Below are positions 16,849 through 26,575 of a stretch of 64,000 bases of DNA, in pieces. Source of the DNA: a candidate division WOR-3 bacterium (GTDB lineage: Bacteria > Hydrothermota > Tepidihabitantia > Tepidihabitantales > Tepidihabitantaceae); contig JBBISL010000008.1 of NCBI GenBank assembly GCA_037441285.1, forward strand, positions 1 through 64,000, read 5' to 3'. The first letter of the stretch is position 1. Each line of letters starts with the position of its first letter. Both the position numbers and the translations under genes were made by a program. The notes under the pieces are model-generated. The model did no database searches. It had not been told where the DNA came from and saw only the letters and a list, made by a program, of their open reading frames with translations.

Positions 16849-18409
16849 TTTTCTTAAACAGTTTTGTTATCGGAACCCGGGTATCAACCGTAATCAAATC
16901 AGCACGGCGTTCCGGCGGTTGAAACCTTGCCTTCATTGCCCGGTAAACCTCAAGATTAGCATCTGAAAGCCCGCCCTCTTTTGCCCGTCGCTGCAGCCGC
17001 CGGACCACGGTCTTCTCCGGACAATTTGCCCAGACAAATAACATCTTAACACCCACCCTTTGTGCGAGCGCGCGACAGCGGTTGCGCGTCTCGGGCGAAA
17101 GAAAGGTGGCGTCAAGAATCACGCTCTGCTTGCCTTTCAAAAAAATTTCTGCTCGGGTGAGCAACTCTTCATATGTCCTTTTGCTCACATCGGCGGTGTA
17201 AATCCCTTTACCATACCCCTCAAACCGGGACTCATCAATCGGAATCCCGAGCAACTGCTTGCGAACCGAATCGGACAAGAGATGCATCGCCAGGTGTCGC
17301 TTCGCAAATCGCTTTGCCAGGTAACTCTTGCCAACACCGGGCAGTCCAAACACCACCATCAGCCAATTTTTCTCTGTCATTAACCGGGCATAACGGCCGG
17401 CAAGTTCAAAATAACGCCGCGCCGCGACAAGCGCTGCCTGCTTTGCCCGTGGAGAAATCGTTGGGTCGTTCAATTGAAAACTGGTAACCTTGCCACGGAC
17501 ATAGGCCCGATAGCAGCGGTAGAAGTTCAAAAGTGCGAGAAAATCTCGGTCGCCCGAATAAACCAGATATCGCTCAATAAAGAAGTTTGCCAGGTCGTGG
17601 CGGTGAAAATAGTCTAAATCCATTGCCATAAACGCTACCTCTGAAGCCACATCACCGCAGGAAAAACGGGGATTAAACTCGATGCAGTCGAAGATATAAA
17701 CCCGGTTGGTAAGAAAGATATTTTTCGAATGCAGGTCACCGTGACAGCGCCGAACAAAACCTTGCTCCCGACGGCTGCGGAACTTATCCCGGTTCTGGAC
17801 GATAAACTGTTCCACCGCCTGCTTAATCTCCTCAAATAGTCGGTTGGAAATCGTTTTTCCCCGAAACTCCATTGTCTGGGCAAAGTTTTCATCCCAGTTC
17901 AGTTTAATTATCTCGCTACTGCCGTACTGTGCCACCTGTTTGCCCCGCTCCGCTTTCCGATGAAACTCACTAATCCGCCGGGCAATCTCATCAATTTGTT
18001 GAAATGTCACCTCACCCTTTTTTAACCGCTCGGTCATAATTGCCCGCTGGGGTAGAGCTCTCATCTTCACGCAATAGTCAATCACCCGACCGGCGCCGCC
18101 CAATCGCAACTGCCCCTTCCTTTCAACTATTGGCACCACATCGAGATAAAGGTCGGGCGAAAGCAATCGATTCAACCGCAACTCTTCATAACAAAAAAAT
18201 TTCCGGGCTGAAAGTGTTGTATAATCAAGAAAACCGAAATTCACGGGTTTTTTCACCTTATAGGCAAAATCATAGACGATAAAAACCCAGGAGGTGTGAG
18301 TCTGAATCAATCGCACCCGCTTCACCCCACAACCGTATAGGGCAGGCTCAAGCAATTCATTAATCCGACTCTGAACCGTTGGTTCAGGTCCGATAATAAT
18401 GTTACTCAC
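16823..18409 (-). CDS. bifunctional aminoglycoside-phosphotransferase-like / AAA_33 P-loop kinase protein
   Basis: QTHTSWVF-YKVKKPV, EELRLNR, CHGDLH, FDCIEFN, YRAYVRGKV; C-terminal GLPGVGKS and ILDATF; probable GTG start at 18409. Confidence 0.88.
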   Translation of the reverse strand: MSNIIIGPEPTVQSRINELLEPALYGCGVKRVRLIQTHTSWVFIVYDFAYKVKKPVNFGFLDYTTLSARKFFCYEELRLNRLLSPDLYLDVVPIVERKGQLRLGGAGRVIDYCVKMRALPQRAIMTERLKKGEVTFQQIDEIARRISEFHRKAERGKQVAQYGSSEIIKLNWDENFAQTMEFRGKTISNRLFEEIKQAVEQFIVQNRDKFRSRREQGFVRRCHGDLHSKNIFLTNRVYIFDCIEFNPRFSCGDVASEVAFMAMDLDYFHRHDLANFFIERYLVYSGDRDFLALLNFYRCYRAYVRGKVTSFQLNDPTISPRAKQAALVAARRYFELAGRYARLMTEKNWLMVVFGLPGVGKSYLAKRFAKRHLAMHLLSDSVRKQLLGIPIDESRFEGYGKGIYTADVSKRTYEELLTRAEIFLKGKQSVILDATFLSPETRNRCRALAQRVGVKMLFVWANCPEKTVVRRLQRRAKEGGLSDANLEVYRAMKARFQPPERRADLITVDTRVPITKLFKKIERALLCL

Positions 18410-19760
18410 AATTATGCCGGTGCCGACCTCTTCGACCCTTTGGGGACTCTTTAGGTGTTGCCAGACGTTCAAGAATCATTCTGCCCGTTGTCACCGGCTG
18501 TTCCGAATAGGTAAAGCTTTTTGCAAGACGTGCGGCAACCCGCTCAGCGCTAATATCCGTGTCGGCAAAAACCTCAGCCAGAACCTCACCTCTCTGCACT
18601 TGGTCACCCACTTTTTTGTGAAAAACAAAACCGGCACCAGGTGAAACCTGGTCCGTGAGCCGCCTTCGGCCTAAACCGATATCCAGTCCCAGCATCCCCA
18701 CCTGATAAGCATCAATCGACCGGATATAACCTTCTCTTTCAGCCAAGCACTTGCGATTATAATTCGCCACCGGCAGCAGCCTGTCGTCTTCTACCACCGC
18801 CGGATTTCCTCCCTGCCCTTCAACCATCTGTTGAAATTTTTGCAGTGCCCGACCGCTTTCTAAAACCCGCAGAATTTGCCGACGCGCCTGCGGTCGTGTT
18901 TGCGCTCGCCCCGCCAGAAGAAGCATTTCCTCGGCAAGAGCAAATGTTAACTCTTTAAGGTCTGGTGCCCAATGGTTTTTCAACGCCGCAATCGCCTCGC
19001 GCACCTCAAGCGTATTACCCACCGTACTACCAAGCGGTTGGTTCATTGCCGTTATCAATGCCACAACCTTTTTCTGCATTTTGGTACCAACCACAAGCAT
19101 CAGTTGTGCCAGTTGTCGTGCCGTTCGCAAACGGCGCATAAAGGCGCCCTGACCGGTTTTTACATCAAGCACCAGCCCGTCGATACCTTCGGCGAGTTTT
19201 TTCGCCATAATACTTGCGGTAATAAGCGGCAGCGATTCGACCGTCGCGGTAACATCACGCAACGCATACATCATTTTGTCGGCTGGACACATCTCTTCCG
19301 TCTGTCCGATAATTGCGACACCAATTTTTCCCAGAATCCGGGTGAATTCGTCCAGTCCCAGATTGGTTTTAAAACCGGGAATCGCCTCCAATTTGTCAAG
19401 AGTTCCACCGGTATGCCCAAGACTGCGACCTGATACCATCGGCACAATTACACCGCAGGCCGCAACCAGTGGGGCGAGAATCAGTGAAACTTTATCGCCC
19501 ACCCCACCGGTGGAATGTTTATCAACCTTTGGCCCGGGTAGTATGCTTAAATCCAATACCCGGCCCGAATTCATCATCGCCCGCGTCAACGCGACCGTCT
19601 CCCGCGCGTTCATCCCCTGAATATAGACCGCCATCAAGAACGCCGCCATCTGATAATCAGGAATTGCTCCGCGGGTGAAGCTACTAATTAGCCAATCAAT
19701 CTCTTCCGGAGTAAGGCGACCCCCGTCTCTTTTGCGCCGGAGAAGTTCGAGAAAATCCAC
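18402..19760 (-). CDS. pdp: pyrimidine-nucleoside/thymidine phosphorylase
   Basis: DKHSTGGVGDK, SGRSLGHTGGTLDKLE, YALRDVTATV, LDVKTG. Confidence 0.96.
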   Translation of the reverse strand: MDFLELLRRKRDGGRLTPEEIDWLISSFTRGAIPDYQMAAFLMAVYIQGMNARETVALTRAMMNSGRVLDLSILPGPKVDKHSTGGVGDKVSLILAPLVAACGVIVPMVSGRSLGHTGGTLDKLEAIPGFKTNLGLDEFTRILGKIGVAIIGQTEEMCPADKMMYALRDVTATVESLPLITASIMAKKLAEGIDGLVLDVKTGQGAFMRRLRTARQLAQLMLVVGTKMQKKVVALITAMNQPLGSTVGNTLEVREAIAALKNHWAPDLKELTFALAEEMLLLAGRAQTRPQARRQILRVLESGRALQKFQQMVEGQGGNPAVVEDDRLLPVANYNRKCLAEREGYIRSIDAYQVGMLGLDIGLGRRRLTDQVSPGAGFVFHKKVGDQVQRGEVLAEVFADTDISAERVAARLAKSFTYSEQPVTTGRMILERLATPKESPKGRRGRHRHNCE

Positions 19761-19778
19761 CGCCGGGAGCGCCGGTCT

Positions 19779-21083
19779 TTAGCCGAAACGCCGGCCCGTG
19801 AATTTGCCGCCCTTGACCAGACCCTCGTAGTGCCGCATCACGAGATGGGCTTCAATCTGTTGCAGAGTATCAAGAGCGACTCCAACGATAATCAACAGTG
19901 TTGTGCCACCAAAATAGAAAGGCACCCGGAAGGCGCTCATCAAAATCCAGGGTAAAAGAGCAATAATTACCAGAAACAGCGCACCGGGTAGAGTAAGTAA
20001 TGAAAGACTACGGTCAATATAAGCGGCGGTCTTTTCACCGGGGCGGATACCGGGAATGAAACCCCCGTAGCGCTGCATATTGTCGGCAAGGTCACGGGGG
20101 TTAAACACAATTGAAGTGTAGAAGTAAGTAAAAAACACAATTAACACCGCGTACAGTAAATTGTAGAGCCAGCCCCCCGGAGAAAGAAATCGCTGCACCC
20201 ATTCCAGAAATGGCAGTTTAAGAAAGGTCGCAAAGGTCGAGGGAAAAACAATTAAACTCTGAGCAAAAATGATGGGAATGACGCCGGCAGTAACAACCCG
20301 CAGTGGGATATAGGTGCTCTGGCCACCGTACATCCGCCGCCCAACGAAGCGCTTTGGGTATTGAACCGGGATCTTACGCACCGCCATCGTCATCAAAACC
20401 ACCGCCGCATAAACAACGAAAACCATCGCCACGACAATCAAAAGCCAGAACCAGGAAGAAATTCGCGCCTGCTGGAAGGTCCGCGCCAGGTCCTGTGGAG
20501 TGCTGTCCAGACAACCAATCAGAATTATAAAGGAAATCCCATTGCCAATACCCCGGTCGGTAATCTGCTCACCCAGCCACATCACAAAAATCGTCCCGGC
20601 GGTAAGCGTAAAAATGGTCATCAGCCGGAAAAAAAGTCCAGGCTGGAGAACAATCGAACCAAACTGTGTAGGGGGCTGCGACTCAAGATAAACCGAGATG
20701 CTCGCCGCCTGAATTACCGCCAAGAGCACGGTGGCATAGCGTGTGTACTGATTGAGTTTCTTCCGCCCCTCTTCATCCCGCTGCAATTTCTCAAGGAATG
20801 GGAAAACCGAGCCCAGCAACTGAAATACAATTGACGCTGAGATGTAGGGCATTACTCCTAACGCAAAAACCGATGCCCGGGAAAGTGCGCCTCCCACAAA
20901 TATATCGTAAAGACCAAATATCGTTCCCTGAAGTTGCCGTAAAGTCCAGCCCAGCGCTTGAGCGTTTATCCCCGGTACCGGTATGTGGGTGCCCAAACGG
21001 TAAATCACCACCATTGCCAGCGTAAACAAAATCTTTTTTCGCAAATCCGGAATTTTAAAAATATTGGGAACGCTACCGGTCAA
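19779..21083 (-). CDS. secY: preprotein translocase subunit SecY
   Basis: LGVMPYISASI, GEQITDRGIGNGIS, GVIPIIFA, FIPGIRPG, GGTTLLIIVGV. Confidence 0.98.
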   Translation of the reverse strand: MTGSVPNIFKIPDLRKKILFTLAMVVIYRLGTHIPVPGINAQALGWTLRQLQGTIFGLYDIFVGGALSRASVFALGVMPYISASIVFQLLGSVFPFLEKLQRDEEGRKKLNQYTRYATVLLAVIQAASISVYLESQPPTQFGSIVLQPGLFFRLMTIFTLTAGTIFVMWLGEQITDRGIGNGISFIILIGCLDSTPQDLARTFQQARISSWFWLLIVVAMVFVVYAAVVLMTMAVRKIPVQYPKRFVGRRMYGGQSTYIPLRVVTAGVIPIIFAQSLIVFPSTFATFLKLPFLEWVQRFLSPGGWLYNLLYAVLIVFFTYFYTSIVFNPRDLADNMQRYGGFIPGIRPGEKTAAYIDRSLSLLTLPGALFLVIIALLPWILMSAFRVPFYFGGTTLLIIVGVALDTLQQIEAHLVMRHYEGLVKGGKFTGRRFG

Positions 21084-21541
21084 TTAACAACTCCTGTCGG
21101 TTTTGGTGTAAGGATTGTAACCCTGCCGCCGACTTCTTCTATCTTCTGCCGGGCAGTTGCGGAAAATGCGTGGGCAGTGATGGTAATGGGACGATTTATT
21201 TCACCCTTGCCCAGGACCTTAACATACTTTCCGCGTCGGACCAGTTTATTTCTTAAGAGTGTCTCAACCGTAATCTGCTCCTCACTCAATTTCGCCAGGT
21301 CGTCAAGATTAACCACTTCATACTCAACGCGGGTTGGATTTTTAAAACCTCTTTTGGGAATCCGGCGATAGAATGGCATCTGGCCGCCTTCAAACCGGGA
21401 GTCAAATTCCGGCGCCGAATGTTGCCCCATACCCTTGTGGCCCCGACACGATGTTTTCCCGTGCCCGGAACCAGGCCCACACCCAACCCGTTTCTTTTTC
21501 TTCACCGCACCGGTTGCCGGCTTCAGCTCATTTATTCTCAT
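21080..21541 (-). CDS. rplO: 50S ribosomal protein L15
   Basis: GSGHGKT-RGHKG, FEGGQMP, PKRGF. Confidence 0.98.
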   Translation of the reverse strand: MRINELKPATGAVKKKKRVGCGPGSGHGKTSCRGHKGMGQHSAPEFDSRFEGGQMPFYRRIPKRGFKNPTRVEYEVVNLDDLAKLSEEQITVETLLRNKLVRRGKYVKVLGKGEINRPITITAHAFSATARQKIEEVGGRVTILTPKPTGVVN

Positions 21542-21717
21542 AACTCCTCCACTTTTACCAGATGCCTGATTTTGAAAATCATTCCCCGCACAACCGGCGA
21601 ATCGTTATGAGTCCGCTCGGCACCAACCCGACGCAAACCAAGCGCCCAAGCGGTCCGCTTATGCTCCTCTTTTTCATCAATTAAACTCTTGATTAGTTTA
21701 ACCTTCAACCTTTTCAT
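21538..21717 (-). CDS. rpmD: 50S ribosomal protein L30 (59 aa, below ORF-track cut-off)
   Basis: Hand translation [59 protein letters not shown]; canonical position between rpsE and rplO. Confidence 0.95.
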   Translation of the reverse strand: MKRLKVKLIKSLIDEKEEHKRTAWALGLRRVGAERTHNDSPVVRGMIFKIRHLVKVEEL

Positions 21718-22243
21718 CGCCCTTCCGCTCTACAAAATAACCTATCGGCTTGTTTCTCGCCACTGCTACCTGGTCAAGTGTCCGCAACTTGGACAAGGCA
21801 ATTATCGTTGCCTTGGCGGTGTTGTAGTGATTACGCGACCCATAAGCCTTACTCAGGGCATCGCGCAACCCCACCGCTTCGAGTACGGCGCGCACCTGGG
21901 GGCAGGCAATCAGACCGGTACCTGGTGCGGCGGGTTTAATCAACACCTTGGTCGCTCCAAACTTGCCCGTTGTTTCATGGGGAATAGTATGACCCCGGAA
22001 AGAAATCTTTACCATCTCCTTGCGCGCCCGTGCCGCCGCTTTCCGCACTGCGCTCGCCACCTCTACCGCCTTACCGTGTCCGACCCCTACCTGTCCTTTG
22101 CCATCGCCTACAACCACTGCCGCCGAAATTCGCATCCGCTTGCCGCCTTTCATCACCTTGGAAATTCGCTTAATATTGATAACCCGTTCAATAAATTCGG
22201 GTTCCTGCTGGGTAATCTCACTCTCAGTTAAAACATCAATCAA
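21698..22243 (-). CDS. rpsE: 30S ribosomal protein S5
   Basis: [31 protein letters not shown]. Confidence 0.98.
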   Translation of the reverse strand: MIDVLTESEITQQEPEFIERVINIKRISKVMKGGKRMRISAAVVVGDGKGQVGVGHGKAVEVASAVRKAAARARKEMVKISFRGHTIPHETTGKFGATKVLIKPAAPGTGLIACPQVRAVLEAVGLRDALSKAYGSRNHYNTAKATIIALSKLRTLDQVAVARNKPIGYFVERKGDEKVEG

Positions 22244-22587
22244 AACTCCAGACCTCCTTGGCGCGCACCTTCCGCCACCGCTTTCACTCGGCCATGGTAC
22301 CGATAACCGGCGCGGTCAAAAACCACTTTTGTTATCCCTCGTTCCTTCGCCTTAGCCGCAACCAGTTTTCCCACCTCAAGCGCCATCTCGGTGGGCTTCC
22401 CCTTTTTATCCTTTAATTCCGGCGTCAGGGTAGAAACACCGGTCAGCACCCGACCCGTACTGTCGTCAATCAACTGTACATACATATGCCGGTTGCTTCG
22501 AAAAACGCACAATCGGGGCCGCTCCGGTGTTCCGGCAACCCGATGCCTGATACTCAAATGTCTTCTTAACCTTCGGTCACGAATCAT
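22240..22587 (-). CDS. rplR: 50S ribosomal protein L18
   Basis: [33 protein letters not shown]. Confidence 0.98.
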   Translation of the reverse strand: MIRDRRLRRHLSIRHRVAGTPERPRLCVFRSNRHMYVQLIDDSTGRVLTGVSTLTPELKDKKGKPTEMALEVGKLVAAKAKERGITKVVFDRAGYRYHGRVKAVAEGARQGGLEF

Positions 22588-22595
22588 AATCACCA

Positions 22596-22623
22596 ATCTT
22601 ATTCATAAATTATTCTCAGTCAA
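22596..22623 (-). promoter_or_regulatory. promoter of rplR, leaderless
   Basis: TTGACT-16 nt-TAAGAT, 8 nt before ATG 22587. Confidence 0.6.
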
Positions 22624-22648
22624 GAAATACCCACATCATCTGTTAACA

Positions 22649-23596
22649 TCATTCCAGCGCATCCGCCAGAATCCGGAAAATTAGGTCGTCGTAAGAGATG
22701 CCCGCGGCTTCGGCTTGCACCGGCAGGTCGGAAATATCGGTTAGTCCAGGAAGGGTGTTCACCTCAAGAAAGTAAGGCTGGCGTTCATCTTTGACAATCA
22801 AATCGAGTCGAGCAAACCCTTCGCAACCCAAACCCCGATAGGCTTTCATCGCCAGTTCTTTAATTTTCGCCTCGACCCGGCTACTCAAACGTGCCGGAAC
22901 AATAAAATCGGTTTCACCCCGGATGTATTTTGCCTCGTAACTGTAAAACCTGTGCTGTTTCGGGACCAGTTCCAGTATCGGTAAAACCTGCTCGCCCACA
23001 ATGCCAACCGTGGCAATCATCCCATCGATAAATGGTTCAATAAGCATTTCACTAAAACCGCGCCAGACCCGCTCGCATCGGTCCAGCGCACCCCGTTTGC
23101 CTTCGAGGAGTTCAATCCCGACGCTCGAACCTTCGCAGCGCGGTTTGGCAATCATCGGGTACCCGAAACGTTTTTCCGCCTCTGCTAACCCTTCCGCAAC
23201 ATCATCATCCTTACCAACGCTTACAAAATCCGGGGTCGGGATGCCAATCTGTCGGAAAAGCATCTTGGTAAACACCTTGTCAATCGCAATCGCTGATGCG
23301 GTAACTCCTGAACCGGTATAGGGAATTCCCAAAAGCTCTAAAAAACCCTGCATTGTTCCATCTTCGCCGGGGCGGCCATGGAGGATAATGAACGCCATAT
23401 CAATCTTTGCCTGCCGGATCTGGTCAACAAAACTACGGTTTATATCTATTCCAACTGCTTGATAACCCTGCCGTTTTAACGACTCCAGAACCTTTTGACC
23501 GGATAGGAGCGAAACCTCCCGCTCGCTTGACCAACCACCCATCAAAACCCCAATCTTCCTCTTACGCAACCGGCGGACAATGTCGCTTCTACTCAT
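22649..23596 (-). CDS. ddl: D-alanine--D-alanine ligase
   Basis: GGWSSEREVSL, LHGRPGEDG, EGSSVG, YEAKY, EVNTLPG. Confidence 0.96.
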   Translation of the reverse strand: MSRSDIVRRLRKRKIGVLMGGWSSEREVSLLSGQKVLESLKRQGYQAVGIDINRSFVDQIRQAKIDMAFIILHGRPGEDGTMQGFLELLGIPYTGSGVTASAIAIDKVFTKMLFRQIGIPTPDFVSVGKDDDVAEGLAEAEKRFGYPMIAKPRCEGSSVGIELLEGKRGALDRCERVWRGFSEMLIEPFIDGMIATVGIVGEQVLPILELVPKQHRFYSYEAKYIRGETDFIVPARLSSRVEAKIKELAMKAYRGLGCEGFARLDLIVKDERQPYFLEVNTLPGLTDISDLPVQAEAAGISYDDLIFRILADALE

Positions 23597-23617
23597 AACT
23601 CAACACCTCCCATTTTG

Positions 23618-25021
23618 CTACCACTGCCCGGTGCGCAGAAACTCATCCATCGCCTGAGCCGCAACCCTTCCTGCCCCCATCGCCAGAATCACGGTCGCAG
23701 CACCGGTAACGATGTCGCCCCCGGCGAAAACACCCTTCTTTGTGGTCTTACCGGTATTCGGGTCCACGACCAGCGTTCCTCGCTTTGTGGTCTCTAAACC
23801 CGGTGTTGTCCGGGGGATTAGCGGATTGGGACTGTTGCCAATCGCCACCACTACCGTATCAACCGGGATGCGAAATTCGCTATTCGGCACCGGTACGGGC
23901 CGCCGCCGGCCCGAAGCATCCGGTTCGCCCAGTTCCATGCGCAGACACTCCACCTCTTTAACCCAACCCTGCTCATCAGCGATGTAACGCACCGGATTGG
24001 TCAACAACTGAAACTCCACACCTTCTTCTTCTGCATGGTGAATCTCTGCCGCCCGCGCTGGCATCTCATCACGAGAGCGGCGATAAATTAAAACCACCCG
24101 TTCCGCACCCAATCGTAAAGCGGTGCGTGCCGAGTCCATCGCGACATTGCCCCCGCCAATCACCGCCACCTGCTTACCCCGAACAATCGGCGTATCGTAC
24201 TTGGGAAACAGGTAAGCCTTCATCAGATTGGAACGGGTAAGATACTCATTCGCCGAATAAATCCCGAGGCTATTCTCACCGGGGATTCCCATAAAGAGTG
24301 GCAAACCGGCACCGGTGCCGACAAAAACCGCATCGTACTCGCTCAACAACTCATCAATCGTCTTCAACTTCCCAACCACATAATCAAGTTTCAGTTCCAC
24401 ACCCATCGACAGCAGAAAGTTCACCTCCCTTTCCACCACCGCCTTAGGTAATCGGAACTCAGGAATCCCATACATCAACACCCCACCCGGTTTATGCAGC
24501 GCCTCAAAAATCGTTACGCTGTGTCCTAACTTCCTCATATCACCAGCAAGAGTTAACCCGGCGGGTCCGGCACCAACGACCGCCACCTTCTTCCCGGTTG
24601 ACGGCTGAATTTCGCACATTACACACTCGGGCTGGGTTGCCTCCCAATCGGCGATAAACCGCTCCAGATTACCAATCGCCACCGGTTCCATTTTCTTGCC
24701 TAAAATACAGGAACCTTCGCACTGCACCTCCTGAGGACAAACCCGGCCACATATCGCGGGCAGCACATTTGTCCGTTTCATCACTTTAACCGCTTCAAGG
24801 AAATTACCCTGTGCCACTTCACGGATAAACCCGGGAATATCCACCTGCACTGGACAACCGCCAACACAGGAGGGCTTTTTGCACTGAAGACAACGCTGTG
24901 CCTCCGCCATCGCCTGCTCGGGCGTATACCCATAAGGGACCTCATCAAAATTGTGCCGACGCTTTTCCGCCGGTTGCTCAGGCATCGGTGTTCGTTTCGG
25001 ACTTATCTTAGCCACGGACAC
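23618..25021 (-). CDS. nfnB: NADH-dependent ferredoxin:NADP+ oxidoreductase large subunit (GltD/SudA-like)
   Basis: RCLQC..CVGGCPV, CGRVCPQEVQCE, GAGPAG, YGIPEFRLPK, GGGNVAMD, GGDIVTGAATVILAMG. Confidence 0.9.
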   Translation of the reverse strand: MSVAKISPKRTPMPEQPAEKRRHNFDEVPYGYTPEQAMAEAQRCLQCKKPSCVGGCPVQVDIPGFIREVAQGNFLEAVKVMKRTNVLPAICGRVCPQEVQCEGSCILGKKMEPVAIGNLERFIADWEATQPECVMCEIQPSTGKKVAVVGAGPAGLTLAGDMRKLGHSVTIFEALHKPGGVLMYGIPEFRLPKAVVEREVNFLLSMGVELKLDYVVGKLKTIDELLSEYDAVFVGTGAGLPLFMGIPGENSLGIYSANEYLTRSNLMKAYLFPKYDTPIVRGKQVAVIGGGNVAMDSARTALRLGAERVVLIYRRSRDEMPARAAEIHHAEEEGVEFQLLTNPVRYIADEQGWVKEVECLRMELGEPDASGRRRPVPVPNSEFRIPVDTVVVAIGNSPNPLIPRTTPGLETTKRGTLVVDPNTGKTTKKGVFAGGDIVTGAATVILAMGAGRVAAQAMDEFLRTGQW

Positions 25022-25868
25022 CTCCTTTCCCGCAACCGCAACCCCGGGATTTCAGGAAAAGTTCAACCGCCTGTTTTTCTTCATTAACATAGGTGCGTAA
25101 TCGTGCCATTAACTGGTCAAAATTGACCTTATGGCCATCGAACTCCGGGCCGTCAACACAGGCAAACTTTGTCTCACCGCCGACCTCAACCCGGCAAACA
25201 CCACACATCCCGGTCGCATCTAACATTATTGGGTTCAAACTAACAACGGTCGGTACACCATACTCCTTCGTAAGAAGCGAAACCATTTTCATCATAATTA
25301 CCGGACCAACTGCAAAACATCTATCCACCGTTTCACCCCGATTCAAAACCTGCCTCAAAACATCGGTGACAAAACCCTTCACCCCGTATGAACCATCATC
25401 GGTCGCAACAATCAACTCATCGGAAACGGTGCGCATCTTTTCTTCCATCAAAACCAGCTCTCGATTTCGGAACCCGATGATTGAAATCACCCGATTTCCC
25501 GCCTGTTTCAACGCCCGGGCAACCGGAAAAATCTCCGGCGTTCCCACCCCCCCGGCAACACACACCACCGTCCCGAACCGCTCGATTTCACTGGGTTTTC
25601 CAAGAGGTCCAATCAGGTCCATAATTGCCTCGCCCTCTTCGAGCGTACCTAAAAGCATCGTTGACTTACCAACCTCCTGAAAAACAATTACCAACACCCC
25701 TTCATCAGGCCGAGCATCCGCCACGGTTAAGGGTATTCTTTCTCCCTCTTCATTCACCCGCACAACCACAAACTGTCCCGGTTGTGCCTTTTGGGCGATT
25801 TCGGGTGCATCCAGTTCAAACATCTTAATTTGTGGTGCTAAAACCTGCTTTTTCAATATGTTAACCAA
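25008..25868 (-). CDS. nfnA: NADH-dependent ferredoxin:NADP+ oxidoreductase small subunit (SudB-like)
   Basis: ERIPLT, GPLG, DATGMCGVCRV...ACVDGPEF [2Fe-2S] motif; GGAGG SD before TTG 25868. Confidence 0.9.
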   Translation of the reverse strand: MVNILKKQVLAPQIKMFELDAPEIAQKAQPGQFVVVRVNEEGERIPLTVADARPDEGVLVIVFQEVGKSTMLLGTLEEGEAIMDLIGPLGKPSEIERFGTVVCVAGGVGTPEIFPVARALKQAGNRVISIIGFRNRELVLMEEKMRTVSDELIVATDDGSYGVKGFVTDVLRQVLNRGETVDRCFAVGPVIMMKMVSLLTKEYGVPTVVSLNPIMLDATGMCGVCRVEVGGETKFACVDGPEFDGHKVNFDQLMARLRTYVNEEKQAVELFLKSRGCGCGKGGVRG

Positions 25869-25945
25869 AATTCCTCCTTTGGGATAAAACAAAAAACTAT
25901 TCCTTAATTTCCGTTCTTACTAAAGTAACCAGTAAATTGATGCGA

Positions 25946-25974
25946 ATTATACCTAAAAAATCCCCTTAAGTCAA
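25946..25974 (-). promoter_or_regulatory. promoter of nfnAB(-ddl)
   Basis: TTGACT-17 nt-TATAAT. Confidence 0.7.
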
Positions 25975-26182
25975 GGGTTCGTTGCTCCTGAAAAATTATC
26001 TACTTGTTGAAATGCTCTATCTAACCACCAATTTTCTTATCACTCTCACCTATCTAAACCACCGGCTAAGCAAGGGAAAATCCCCCACAAACGGGTATAT
26101 AAAACTGTGATAGAGATAGTTAATCAGAGCACCTGTAGTGTTAACCGCTTAAAAACAAATACATAAACATACCAGGCGCTCG

Positions 26183-26360
26183 CTGACAATTACCCGGACA
26201 TCGCGCTGGACCGGCTTTACAAAAGGGGTCGGTAACTTAATCTCCTATTCTCCATCTATCTTGTTCGGGTAATGACTCAGGCAGTGAATCCGGGATTTGC
26301 CCTGCCAGTGAATCCGAAATTGAATAGGTGAATCATTATCTCACTGACTTACCGAACCCT
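26183..26360. repeat. degenerate short-repeat cluster with direct and inverted copies
   Basis: CAGTGAATCCG at 26282 and 26306, GTGAATC at 26328; inverted arms 26189-26200/26262-26273; motif shared with 38752-38777. Confidence 0.5.
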
Positions 26361-26541
26361 AACCGGTACGACGTTGGGAAGTAAAACAATCACACGCCTG
26401 TGTTTGGTTTTAGCATCTTTAATCTCGCAAAGAGCCAGAGGTTAAAACAGGTTAAACTCGACAAAACCGTAAATGAGCCAGCCAATACCGCAAACCTACA
26501 TTGCACCGTCTTTCCCTGAAGTCAATGCTTTGTACTGAAAG

Positions 26542-26570
26542 TTGACAGAAAAGTTAGGTTAAATTAAAAT
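26542..26570 (+). promoter_or_regulatory. promoter of TPR gene, leaderless
   Basis: TTGACA-17 nt-TAAAAT, 5 nt before GTG 26576. Confidence 0.65.
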
Positions 26571-26575
26571 TCGGC

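Noticed and set aside
26282..26334. CAGTGAATCCG repeats as a mini-CRISPR
   Set aside because: Repeats (11 nt) and spacers (about 13 nt) are far too short; no cas genes
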